Shown in pieces: positions 11,141-22,354 of a stretch of 64,000 bases of DNA; the first letter of the stretch is position 1, and every line of letters starts with the position of its first letter. Made by a program: the position numbers and the translations under genes. Where the stretch lies: contig OZ001293.3 in NCBI GenBank assembly GCA_963921275.4, positions 704,001-768,000 on the forward strand, in the 5' to 3' direction. This DNA is from an uncultured Hormoscilla sp. (GTDB taxonomy: Bacteria > Cyanobacteriota > Cyanobacteriia > Cyanobacteriales > Desertifilaceae). The notes beneath the pieces were generated by a model. It ran no database searches. It saw nothing but the letters and a program-made list of their open reading frames with translations, and was not told the DNA's origin.

Positions 11141-11220
11141 CTTTTGTGCGATTAGCGCTCTGTATCTCCCCTTTTGTGCGATTAGCGCTCTGTATCTCCC
11201 CTTTTGTGCGATTAGCGCTC
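11141..11220 (+). repeat. 30-bp tandem repeat (about 2.7 copies) within a palindromic repeat cluster upstream of rbcR
   Basis: cttttgtgcgattagcgctctgtatctccc repeated. Confidence 0.85.
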
Positions 11221-11325
11221 CCAGGGGACGCCTCGCCCCAGGAGATACCTCGCCTCGGGAGACATCTCCCAACCAGGAGACACCGCTGTCCGGAGTAGAT
11301 GGTGACGATTTTAGGTATAGCAAAT

Positions 11326-13264
11326 ATGTCTGATGACCTTCGTTTCACTTTGGAGCAGTTACGCATTCTCAAAGCGATCGCCGCTGAGGGCAGCTTCAAG
11401 CGTGCTGCTGACAGTCTCTATATAACCTAAGTTGCGACCTATTAAAAAAAATATGAATTACCCACTTAGACTTTACAGATATTTGGGATATTTCGTAGCT
11501 TTTGATACAAAATTATATTTTTTTTGTGCTATACGGCGGGTTGGCTGTTTATAGGTTATAATGTACTAAAATAATAGTTAATTGCTGGGGGATGTAGATG
11601 ATGGAAGATATGATTACAACAATTTTTGTTCTTTGTGACGAGCTACTAAAAGCGTTAAATATAAAAGAAGATCCACAAGTAAAAATGAACAATGCCGAAG
11701 TGATGACAGTCGGATTAGTTGCTGCATATTTTTTCGGAGGACACCACGATCGCTCTTGTCAATTTATGGTCCAACACAAGTATATAAAAAATCTGTTAAG
11801 TAAAAGTAGGTTCAATCGTCGATTACACAATATTGACGAACCAATTTGGATGTTTTTCTTCCAAGTTATAGCTCAAACATTTAAAGAGCTCAATCCGGGT
11901 CAAGAATATATTCTTGATAGTTTCCCAGTGCCAGTATGTGATAATATTAGGATTGATAGATGCCAAATTTATAACAAGGAAGAATATCGAGGGTATATTG
12001 CCAGTAAAAAACGTTATTTTTATGGATTAAGAGTTCATATGTTGGTAAACAAAAATGGAAAGCCAATAGAATTTTATCTAGATACTGGTAGTTATAATGA
12101 TGTTAAAGTTTTGCAATCTTTTGGCTTTGACTTACCATCAAATTCAATAGTTTATGGAGATAAAGCTTATAATGATTATCAATTAGAGGATTTACTAAAA
12201 GAGTCGTCAAGTATAATGTTAAAACCTTTGCGAAAAAAGAACTCAAAAAGAAAAGAATATTCTTGTTTTGAATATATACAAAAAGTAACAAGAAAACAAG
12301 TTGAAACCTGTTTTAGTCGAATCACCAATTTGTTTCCCAAGTCAATTCATGCTGTTACATCTAAGGGATTAGAGTTGAAAATAATTCTCTTTATCATAGC
12401 TTTTTGTATCCAATTTTTATAGGTCGCAACTTGAGTTATATATCGCAACCGGCAGTTAGCCTGCAAGTGCAAAACTTGGAGCGGCAGTTAGAGGTGCCTT
12501 TGTTCGACCGGGGGGGCCGACGGGCTCAACTGACGGAAGCTGGCCATCTGCTGCTCAACTACGGAGAAAAAATCCTCTCGCTTTGCCGGGAAACCTGTCG
12601 GGCGATCGAGGATCTACAAAATCTCCAAGGTGGCACCTTGATTGTTGGCGCTTCTCAGACGACGGGGACTTACTTACTGCCCCGAATGATTGGTTTGTTC
12701 CGGTCTCGGTATCCTGATGTGGCCGTGCAACTACATGTTCATTCTACTCGCCGCACCTGTTGGAGCGTCGCGAATGGACAAATTGACTTGGCTATCATTG
12801 GTGGTGAGGTTCCCGCTGAACTGCAAGAGTCTTTAGACATTACTCCCTATGCTCAAGATGAACTGGCTTTAATTTTACCTGTATTTCATCCTCTAGCGGC
12901 TGAACCATTTATCCAAAAAGACGATCTATACCAACTCCAGTTTATTGCCTTAGATTCCCAATCGACCATTCGCAAGGTGATTGACCAGGTACTCACCCGT
13001 TGCGGCATTGATACTAGCAATCTCAAAATTGAGATGGAGTTGAATTCGATCGAAGCGATTAAAAATGCGGTACGGGCGGGATTGGGGGCCGCTTTTGTCT
13101 CAGTTGCGGCAATTGAGAAGGAGTTGGAGATGGAACTCCTCCATCGATCCAGAATTGAGGGGGTGGTGGTGCAGCGGATGCTGTCTGTGATTGTTAACCC
13201 TAATCGCTACCGCTCTAAGGCCGCAGAGACTTTTAGCCGGGAGATTCTGCCCACTTTCCATTGA
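11326..13264 (+). pseudogene. rbcR: LysR regulator RbcR/Ycf30 interrupted by IS982
   Basis: ATG 11326 [33 protein letters not shown] | [16 protein letters not shown]; removing the IS and one TATATA copy restores the frame. Confidence 0.9.
11425..12436 (+). mobile_element. IS982-family element, 1012 bp, transposase at 11598-12422
   Basis: TIRs acctaagttgcgacctat / ataggtcgcaacttgagt; TSD TATATA; LDSFP, YGDKAY and RKQVET DDE motifs. Confidence 0.93.
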
Positions 13265-13392
13265 GATTGTCCTGATAGTGACAATTTTGGCAGGGGCATC
13301 TATGGTTGCTATAACAGCTTTATTCCGCCTGATTTACGGGCTGTTATCTCGAATGAAAGTAGATTTGTTGATGATTAACTCTTGATTGTTAA

Positions 13393-14385
13393 TTGTCAAA
13401 TTATAACTGTATAATGAGCAAATTGAATCAACTAACCCTCAATTCTACCTTGGGTGATTTCCCCCTGCATGACTTCCAAGTGAATCCGAAAACTCCAGGC
13501 AAGGTTCTCGCTAATGTGTTTGCTTTTCGACCGGATCGGCCTGGGGCGATCATGGCTGATGAATCGCGCATGATTGGCATGATTTCTCGGCACAGGTTTA
13601 ACGATTGGATGAGTTCACCCTACGGCATAGAAGGCAATCAGCTTGTCGAAACCCAGCGGATTGAACTGGCAAATAAATCAGAGGAAATTGCCTAACTTAA
13701 TCAAGGATTTCAGCGAATTGGGCAACTGATATCTCAAAAAGCGACAAAGGCGTTTCGGGCCACTTTCTCAGGAGTAAACGTGATTTGTCGCCATACTAAC
13801 CAGATTGTAGATATCGGTCGGTTATTGAGTGAAGAACTAGAGAGAATTCAGGACAGTTATCAACTGATTAAAAGAGGGTCTCAGGAAGTCCAGCATTTGG
13901 CAGTTAAGGCAGCAATTGTAGCGAATAATTATGTGCCATAATTGCAGGGTTTTAGCCAGATAAATACTGAAATTGGGACATTAGTTAGTCAGACTTTTGA
14001 AGCGGGGCGTCAGATGGACCGTTCTGCCAATCGCTTCATGCAGAAAATTGAAGAATTTACGGAGTCTGCTCATCGGGGGATGAGGGTGACAAAGTCTCTG
14101 ATCCAAGAGATTGAACAGGCGGAGATGCCATTAGCGGGGTTGGAGACATTGGTGTAACAGCACAACAGTAATTTGAGTCTGCAAAAGGAACCTGAAACTA
14201 TTACTGCTGCTGCTAACGGCCAAGAGAATCTAGAAGAGATAGCAGAGGGATCGCGGGCCCTGGTGGAAAAGTTAGCATTAGCAGAGGCAACGCTGTCTGA
14301 TTTGCAGGAAATGGCGAGGTACAAAGATTCTGCGCCGATCGTGCGCAAGATCAGGCGAGCTTTGCATAAGCATAAAACCTATTGA
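13393..14385 (+). pseudogene. Fragmented signalling protein (CBS-like N-terminus plus MCP-like coiled coil)
   Basis: Three collinear short ORFs separated by stops; TLNSTLGDFPLHDFQV..GMISR N-terminus. Confidence 0.5.
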
Positions 14386-15080
14386 ATGTTTACTTGCGTG
14401 CCTACGATCCCGTTTGTAGTAAGGACTTTAGTCCTTACTGTTTGTCGCGCTGTTTGTAGTAAGGACTAAAGTCCTTGCCGTTCGGAAAGCGTATGTACCC
14501 TTGATAGGAATACAAGCAGAAGTTTGACTTATGCTAGATTCCGAATAATATTACAGCGCTTAACATAAAGATAGAATACAAAAATTATTGAATTGAGAAT
14601 TGATAATTGAGAAAAAATATTAGCCTCGTTTTTCCAATGTTCTGTATTAAACTGTCATGAAAAATGCTGTATATCCGGGGAATTACTGACAATTAATAAA
14701 ACCCGTAGGTCACCATCTAGAGCGCTAGCGAAACCTAACATCCTGTTTGGTTTCGTTTCTCAACCCAACCTACTGAGCTGCATTAACGATCGCGCCATAC
14801 GGATTTCCTATTATAACTTGCTCTCAGGCAAAGATAATTAATAGCTTGAAAAAAAATAGGCGTAGCCGCAGCTTGCTTTATTGAAAAAATAGCCAGGCGA
14901 GCGGGTGTGATAGCCTGATGTTTTGTTGTAAATTTAGGTGATGTTGACATTGGGGCTGAAGGAATGCTAAGCTGAGCGAAGCAAAAACTTGCAAGAGGGC
15001 AGCTACGGAAGAATTAGCGCTAAAGCGCAACTAAAAATGGGGCGATCGCCCGAAACAATTTCATCCCCAGCAGCAAAGTG

Positions 15081-15220
15081 GGCACTGGAGAGCGTATAAT
15101 TAAAAGGATCGTCTGAAATCCTCATCCAGTAAGGGATATAGCCATTTTATCCTCTGGGAACGAAACACCTGCCCTGTAAGGGTTTCAGCAGTTTTCTTGA
15201 ATCTTACGCTCTCCAGTGCC
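15081..15220. mobile_element. MITE with GGCACTGG termini and 8-bp TSD
   Basis: TIR ggcactggagagcgta / tacgctctccagtgcc; gcaaagtg at 15073-15080 and 15221-15228. Confidence 0.88.
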
Positions 15221-15594
15221 GCAAAGTGAAATCAACTCAAATATGAAGTAAAACAGCTTTTTCGATTACTGTCGGGGCAAATTCTGTTTCTGCCTAGCGA
15301 TCGTCGCGCACTTCGTATCGGGCGATCACAATCAGACTGTACAACTGGGGGTGAAAATTCAGCCCGGAAACCGCACTTTTGCTATGAATTTGTGCCAATA
15401 TATAGATAATTTGGATGTTAATAGTCAATGGCGAGGCTATGTCCCTTGACAGGCGTGTAAAAATAGAATATCACCCCTATCAAGGGACATCGGTGGCGAA
15501 TGGATAATAGATAATAGCAATCAAAAATAATTAAAAAAAAATGAAAACTCAACTAAATAATAATTTATTATGATGGGGCAAGTATCGCAATATT

Positions 15595-16917
15595 ATGATA
15601 TTATTTGCTCTGTTTATTACTTTTAAGATCGGCGTTATGGTTCCAAATTTTCTCAGATATTTACAATTAAATAAGATGGGATCAGCATCAACCTATCAGG
15701 TCGTCAGCCCATGCTCTCCCAAGGCACGTTTAAAGCATTGCTGCTACTGCAAATACAGGTATAAAAAGATATTACTGTTGCCCAAAACTAACTGGCGATC
15801 GCCTACAATTTGTTTAAAAACTCTGACTGATTTCAATTCCGGTGTCATGGTAACAGGCGGTGAAGGACAACCTGTTTTTCTGACAGCTGTGGAGAATGAC
15901 AAAGCCAAGAGGATCGTCGGACAGGCCCTGGATATTTGGCTCTCTTATAAACAGAAATTAATCCCCATTTTAACTGCGAAAATACTATTGAACCAGAAAA
16001 GCTGCAAGAGGCTATCGCCTATGACAGCATAACCTCCAACTATTGGACTTAATAAATAGTTTTACCTTTGAATTAGAACAGATTACTAATCGCAAAGCTA
16101 CCGCTTGACAGCTCATCCAAACTTTTGGTATACTTCTGGCATTGTTTAAGTTTTTGATTCTGTTGTATCACACCTTAATAAAATTACAAGCTAGTGATGC
16201 CGAAATCGCCCAGGATCATCAGGAAATATCAGCCCTGAACCAGCAACTAACAGCGGAAAATAGCCGCATCAATGCTGAGATAGACGTGACGCGGAAATTG
16301 CAACAGATGCTCCTACCTAAAGAGCAGGAACTGAGTCAAATTATAGAGCTAGATATTGCAGGCTTTATGGAACCAGCTGCGGAGGTAGGTGGCGACTACT
16401 ACGACGTGCTTTATGGCAATGGGAGAGTAAAAATTGACAGCGGCGATGTCACGGGACATGGGTTAGAAAGCGGCGTCTTGATGATTATGGTGCAAACAGC
16501 AGTGCGTACCATGCTAGCAAATAATGAAACAGATACAGTTAAAATATTTAACGCCATAAACCGCACAATTTACGATAACGTGCAGCCAGTATCACTTGAC
16601 ATCCGCGATCTAATATATTACCATATCACGGATGTCAAGTGATACTGCCGGGTAAATTCCGAGAAAAACCTCACCCTCGCCTGGCTGGATTACTATGATG
16701 GTATCCCTCAGTTTGAGCGGACAACATGAAACTCTGATTGTGGTGCGCTCTAGCGGCGTGGTAGAACGGATTGATACGATCGACCTAGGTTTCCCGATCA
16801 GGCTGGAGTCCGACATTACCGATTTCATCGCCTCAACTAGGGTAGAGTTGCGGGGAAGTGGTGGCGCTGTATACTGATGGGATTATCGAAGCAGAAAATG
16901 ACCAAGGAGTGCTCTAC
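15595..16917 (+). pseudogene. Sensor plus SpoIIE/PP2C phosphatase, fragmented and 3'-truncated
   Basis: LQQMLLP, EVGGDYYD, GDVTGHG, LSGQHE and LYTDGIIEAEN motifs spread across frames; 61-bp palindrome inserted at 16587-16647. Confidence 0.8.
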
Positions 16918-17107
16918 GCTCAACCTGCGTCAGCTAGAATTTCTCAATAGTTCTGGCATCAGTATGCTCTCCAAATTTGTCATCAAGGTACGTCAGAAAA
17001 AAAATGTTACCATTTTGGTAATTGGCTCTAAAGGCATCCCCTGGCAGGGCAAGTCCTTGACAAATTTGCAGCGCCTAATGCCTAATTTGACCCTGGAGTG
17101 GGAATAA
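16918..17107 (+). pseudogene. C-terminal half of a STAS-like (Slr1659-like) anti-anti-sigma protein
   Basis: LNLRQLEFLNSSGISMLSKFV...PWQGKSL..LQRL. Confidence 0.7.
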
Positions 17108-17182
17108 GTGCCGATGCTGCTACCAGTAACGTAAGCGTAAGGTGGGCACTGCCACCCTACATTTGACAACTAACCATTAATA

Positions 17183-17896
17183 TCACGGAGAGTCAGCGTT
17201 ATCAGGGATGGGTAAACAAATCTGATTATCTCCCTCAGTGCGGATCAACCCCTTCGATCGCAACTTGCCCATCAAGCGGGTAACCGTCACGCGGGTAGAA
17301 CCAATGGCGCTACCAATTTGGGCATGAGTTAATGACAAAGGCAGACAGTAACCGTTTTCACAGGATTCGCCGTATTCCTCAACCAACAGGTTGAGAAATC
17401 CTAACAGCCGGTCAATAGTACGCCGCTGTCCCAGAGTACTCAACCACAATAACTTCCGCTGGTGCTGATAACGAAAAGCATTCATCACCTCTCGCCGGAA
17501 GTGGGGCCAGTTATCCAAATCTTGCCAGTACATCCACACCACAGAGGTTTTGTCTATATGGGCATAACTTTCGATAGTAAAGGGCGAATGTGCTACAATC
17601 TCAAAAGGCTGTCCAGCTCCGACAAAACCTAAAAAAGATTCTTCTGGCGTCCAGTCGCTCAGATCTCGATGGCGAGTGAATCGCGACGAAGTGCTAGTAG
17701 CGGTGGCACTGACTTTGGAAATGCTCACCAGTCGGACAGCACCCCGTTGTACTAAATAGAGTAACCCCGGACGCACCGGAACCTTATCGTCTTTGTTAAA
17801 ATTCCGACACCTGTAATGTTCTTGGGCCCAGTCGATAATCCGTTGCCAAGTTAAAAAGGGCCGAGATGCCTCTGATTCTTGAGAAAGTGAAAACAT
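17183..17896 (-). CDS. Crp/Fnr-family transcriptional regulator
   Basis: LTHAQIGSAIGSTRVTVTRLMG HTH; start placed at ATG 17896. Confidence 0.9.
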   Translation of the reverse strand: MFSLSQESEASRPFLTWQRIIDWAQEHYRCRNFNKDDKVPVRPGLLYLVQRGAVRLVSISKVSATATSTSSRFTRHRDLSDWTPEESFLGFVGAGQPFEIVAHSPFTIESYAHIDKTSVVWMYWQDLDNWPHFRREVMNAFRYQHQRKLLWLSTLGQRRTIDRLLGFLNLLVEEYGESCENGYCLPLSLTHAQIGSAIGSTRVTVTRLMGKLRSKGLIRTEGDNQICLPIPDNADSP

Positions 17897-18180
17897 AGGC
17901 GACCAATTGTAGATATAGGATGGTATAATTTTGGTTGTTAACCCACAACCAGCAGCGCTGCAAATCGTAAATCCAAGAGTTCCAACGGGTACATTAGCTA
18001 CAATCAAACAAGCCAAATTAACTCCCGGTGTCTCCTATGCATGTGCGAGTAGGGGTCGGGAGACACCGCACCGGATAGAACTTACCCAGATATAAATGTC
18101 CCTGGTAAGTGTTTTATTCATCATTTGTCCCATATATAGAGTAGTAAAAAATACTTGTTCTAGACTAAAGAAAAATTGTT

Positions 18181-19249
18181 TTGTGTAAATTAGTGGTTTC
18201 TACGTCAGAGTTGAGTTTCCCAGAGCAGCCATCAACTCAGAGGATTTTCCCCACTGCTGCATGTCCTGCTTTTAAGTGCCTGCTACTAGATCGGCTTTTG
18301 CAGGTGATCGACCTACAGAATATTACACAGACCGATAATGGGCGATCGCCCCTCAAGGCTATGCTCTGGGAACGCTATGACGATGGTGCTAGCATCATCT
18401 ACAGGTCGGCGATCGCCCTCCGACTAGCCAGATCCCGACAGCTGAGCCCCCAGGACCTATGCGGTGTCTTCTGGTCGCTCGATGTCTCCCATATGGAATA
18501 CATGCTACGAGAGGCTTTTGGGGATGATTTCACTATACTCGTAGTGAGTCCTGGTTGGATTCAGCTGAGTCTCGGAGATTCTAGTTTAGCCCATTGGCTG
18601 CAATTTTTTACACAGACCTCATTCCCAATCAATTCTGAGTGGGTTATGTCTGTCCGGTCATCCTCTCAGCAACCGCCGGCGGACAGGATATTCCAGTGGC
18701 AATATGCTCATGCACACGGCTACGCCTGCTGTTCCCTCCTGCGGAACGGCGATCGCTCAGGGTCGATCGCGCAGCGTGCGGGCAGCGCAATCGCCCTCTT
18801 GCCCAACCCACCGTCGGCGACACTCGGCTGGCGGGCGATCGGGCCGATTGACTGGCTCACCTGCGAGGGTCAACTACGACTGGTGCATCCAGCTGAGCGC
18901 CAGCTGATTGGCCAGTTGTTAGCAACGGTGGATGGACTTTGTTGTCCCGACCGCCCACCCCAAGTCCGCACCTTCGATGTCTCGGGAGAGCTTGATGTCC
19001 CCCGGACGCACGGCGAAAACCCGGGGGACATCATATTCGCACTACTCCCGAGACATCGCTGTCCAATTAGTCCAGTCTTTAAGTCAGAGTTTTCTGACTT
19101 TTGAGAGTGCTTGTCGGATTTGGGGGGAGGTAAAAACCCAGACACCGCAGTTAGCGACTGCGAGATTGGGATTAATTTTAGCAGTTCAGCAAATCCTGAA
19201 ATTGTTGCTATCAGAGGTTTTGGGCGTTTTTGCTCCCAGCGAAATTTAA
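18181..19249 (+). pseudogene. DALR anticodon-binding-domain protein, frameshifted by a palindromic insert
   Basis: QYAHA..CCSLLR and C-terminal CRIWGEV..LA.ARLGL lie in different frames either side of the insert at 18975-19058. Confidence 0.7.
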
Positions 19250-19276
19250 ATTTTGAAAAAAAATTTGCTTTAGGGG

Positions 19277-19305
19277 GTGACAAATCGATCTTAGTGGGTT
19301 ATAGT
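19277..19305 (+). promoter_or_regulatory. Sigma70-type promoter for the Yfr2-like RNA
   Basis: GTGACA - 17 nt - TATAGT; predicted TSS about 19312-19313. Confidence 0.7.
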
Positions 19306-19311
19306 AAGAAC

Positions 19312-20296
19312 CGTGTGGTGCGAATCGTTTTGGCGTAAGTCTGAAATATGGCGATCGCCGGGCTGGTTAATACCAGCAACTCTGGTCATCATGGGGGTTC
19401 AATTCCCCTTCCCCCAGGTACGGGGGTGACACCGGTCCTCGGTGCTGCGGAGTAACATTACCGTGGTGCCTCCCGAGGACAAATGTAGGATAAGGTCTCA
19501 GCCCAGAGACCGACGCCGCTAGGAAAGAGGCTCATGGTTAGAGCAAGCGAATCCCTGTAAGCATCGTCATCTTAAACAAGCGAAAAGAGGCTGACACGCT
19601 TGGTGCAAAATGCGCACGCAGTCCGCGTATCAGTGGTTGCACGTCACTGATATCGTACCCGAAATGACTGCCGGTGTATAGGGGAGACCTAAAAGCCTCG
19701 TGAAATGATACCAGGGAACGTTCCGGACAAGAGCGGTGCTGTCCAGATGGACAAGTCAGATGTGCGTCCGCGTAGCGTGCGCGCAGCGCCTAGCGCATGC
19801 CCGCGTGGGGAGGGAGGTCCTAAGAAGCTAATGCCCGGGGTAATGCCTGTGGATATGCAGACGTAGGACGGATATGGTAAAAAGCTCTAGGAGATAGTAG
19901 CCCTCTAAACGTGCTTAACCAGTGGCAACACTAGGTAGTAATGATGGACTTAAATCCTAACCGGGTAAAAATTTAGAGGCCCCATACGGGCACCTGTTAG
20001 TAAAGAACGGTCATAGTGGTTTTCTAGTTCCCCCCCGTAAACCTTCCGGAGTTAGGTACTCAACTAGTTCATGACTGACCATAAAGGGGCTATATTTCAT
20101 AGGGCAAGGGACAACGGGAGTAATCCCTAGTAATCCTACCCGTGACAAGGGTTTACCAACCAGTAGCCGTGTGCGGTGAAAGTCGCTCTTCAGGTTCCGA
20201 ATGGGAGGATTGTCCCGCGAGGGACAGCTCGACCCCGACCAGGAGCGAACCAGTGAGGGCACCGAGACGAAACACGGCCAGTCGTCGGTGCCCTTT
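19312..20296 (+). ncRNA. yfr2: Yfr2-like small RNA split by a group II intron (exon 1 about 19312-19317, exon 2 20241-20296)
   Basis: Ligated exons read CGUGUG|AGGAGCGAACCAGUGAGGGCACCGAGACGAAACACGGCCAGUCGUCGGUGCCCUUU: GUGUGAGGAG 5' motif plus a terminal hairpin with a GAAACA loop. Confidence 0.75.
19318..20240 (+). mobile_element. ORF-less group II (IIB-like) intron, 923 nt
   Basis: GTGCG start; EBS1 loop TGCACG at 19638-19643 pairs with exon CGTGTG; AGC-containing DV at about 20164-20197 with a mismatched 3' strand; DVI ends GACCCCGACC. Confidence 0.85.
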
Positions 20297-20483
20297 CTGA
20301 TCTAAAACATCTCCACCACCGCATCCATTGAGCAGTTATCAGTGAGCAGTGACCACGTACCATGCCGAGTGACCACTTATTAGCATAGTTTCTGGCGAGC
20401 AATATTTATATTGCTAATAATATCATGTTATCTATTGACAATTGTAAATTCGCAATTGACAATTTGGCATTTATGACATATTG

Positions 20484-20502
20484 GTGCGACTCGTTTAGTG
20501 TA
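20484..20502 (+). mobile_element. First 19 nt of an RT-family group II intron (host of a twintron)
   Basis: gtgcgactcgtttagtgta matches the 5' end of the minus-strand RT intron (gtgcgactcgttcagtgta) at 18/19 positions. Confidence 0.75.
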
Positions 20503-20866
20503 GTGCGATTCGTTCTAGTCTAACGTGGGCAACTACGGAACGCTAGGCCAGGTCCAAACTGGTAACTCTGGTATTCATGGGGGTTAGATTCCCTCTCTCC
20601 AAGTGTGGGAGTAACACCGGTCCTTAGTGCTGCTGAGTCACATCACGGTGGTGCGGAGCAAGGACTTAAATGTAGGATAGCTAGCAGCCTAAGCTAGTGA
20701 CGCCGCTAGGAAAGATGCTAATGGCTAGAACAAGCGAACCTGTGTACGCCTCGTTATCTAGAACCAGCGAAATAAGGCTTAAAGCGCTGGCCCAAAAGGG
20801 AAATGGTAGTTTGTGCTGGTTCTTGCACTTGGCCAGTATCGCACTCTAAGAACTCCCGGGGTATAG
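20503..20866 (+). mobile_element. Truncated group II intron (domain I only) of the ORF-less family
   Basis: Colinear with 23059-23423; EBS1 TGCACT at 20824-20829 pairs with upstream AGTGTA; breaks off after ctcccggggtatag. Confidence 0.8.
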
Positions 20867-22354
20867 CAGGGGCTCAGTTCGGGGCTTTTGCCTAATCTTG
20901 TGCTCCAATATGTGAGGTTCCCGTCGTATGGGCTTGCGGTCCCTTTCACTTTTACGTGTCTGATTATCTCAGTTTCGGAGTGTTTACGTATCTTCATATC
21001 ACCCTCTTTTGTCTTGCTTCGGAATCGCCATTTAGCATCCTGGTTTACAGACCAGTATTTATAGGTTATCCAGTTACTTGACTTGTTAGGGTGCCTCCTT
21101 TTGGCCCATTGCCATAGGATGTTCCATAGGTAGTTGTCCATATCGCTGTAAATTTCCTTGCTTACCACTGTCCTAAAGTAGTTTGACCATCCCCTTATTA
21201 TCGGGTTTAGCCTGCTTATTAGGGCCGCTTGTGGTGCTGTTATATGGCTAGTTACCATTTCTGATAACCGTTCTTTATGCTTCCCTATGGACTTATTACT
21301 GGGTTTGATTAGGGTTTTGAATCCTAGGGGTGTTCCGTTTGTTGATTTGCCGGTTCTGTATTTTCCCTCTTTATATTGCCTTATGTTAAATCCTAGGAAG
21401 TCGAATCCCGGGTTTTCTCCATTTAGCCTGTGGGCTATCTTTGTCTTTTCGGGCCTTCAACTCAAGCCCTATTCTTCTTAGCCACTCTGCCACCACTGTT
21501 TGCGCTCTGTCTATCATCTCCCTGTCTTCATGCATGATCACAAAGTCGTCTGCGTATCTGACTACCGTCAGCTTTCGCTTTTCCCTTTGTGTCTTTGCTA
21601 ATTCCATTACTGCTTCCTCTAACCCCTGTAGGGCTATATTGGCTAGCAGTGGGGATATGACACCCCCTTGTGGCGTTCCTGCCTCAGTTGTGTGCCATAT
21701 CTTCTTGTCAATCACCCCGGCTTTTAACCATGCCCGTACTTGTTTACGGATTGGTGACGTAGTATTTAATTTTTCGACTAGCGCTTTGTGGTCTATCCTG
21801 TCGAAACATTTCGCAATATCTGCATCTAATACCCATTTGGGTTTCTGTTTAATGCTGCTGAATATTGCCGCAATTGCATCGTGGCATCCCCGACCCGGTC
21901 TGAATCCGTATGAGTTCCCCTCCATATATGCTTCCCATTCGGGTTCAAGCGCAATCTTGAGGAGCCCTTGATTCGCGCGGTCGTGCATCGTGGGTATTCC
22001 TAAAGGACGTTTTTCTTCTCTCCCTGGCTTAGGAATCCATACACGACGTGTAGGCTTAGCCTTGTTTGAGATTTCAATCTGTCCTACCAGTTCTCGGCGT
22101 TGCTTTGGGGTTAGTGATTTCACACCATCCACACCGGCTGTCTTCTTTCCCTGGTTATCTTGTGTAACCCGTCGTACCGCTAGACATTTGGCAGCCCGGG
22201 AGCTTACCAGTAACCTTTGGAGCCTGCGAACTTTTTGCTTATTGCCTTCTTGTGCCGCTCTGTAAATTCGTTTTTGCAACTTAAAGACTACCCGTTCCAG
22301 CCGAGGCCAGGGGATATCCTTCCATTCATTCATCGATTTTGACATCGTGCTCAT
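20867..22354 (-). pseudogene. Group II intron reverse transcriptase/maturase, frameshifted near 21453 and truncated
   Basis: GKKTAGVDG, RPLGIP, YGFRPGR, GTPQGGVISPLLANI, RYADD; domain X LNPIIRGWSNYF after the frameshift. Confidence 0.92.

Noticed and set aside
19393..19416. tRNA-like T-arm (GGGGGTTCAATTCCCC...CCA)
   Set aside because: The same hairpin recurs in domain I of each related intron (about 20579 and 23136), and there are no D or anticodon arms.
20779..22354. DGR, retron or defence RT
   Set aside because: It has group II intron RT motifs, domain X and an intron 5' end; no TR/VR pair or avd was seen.
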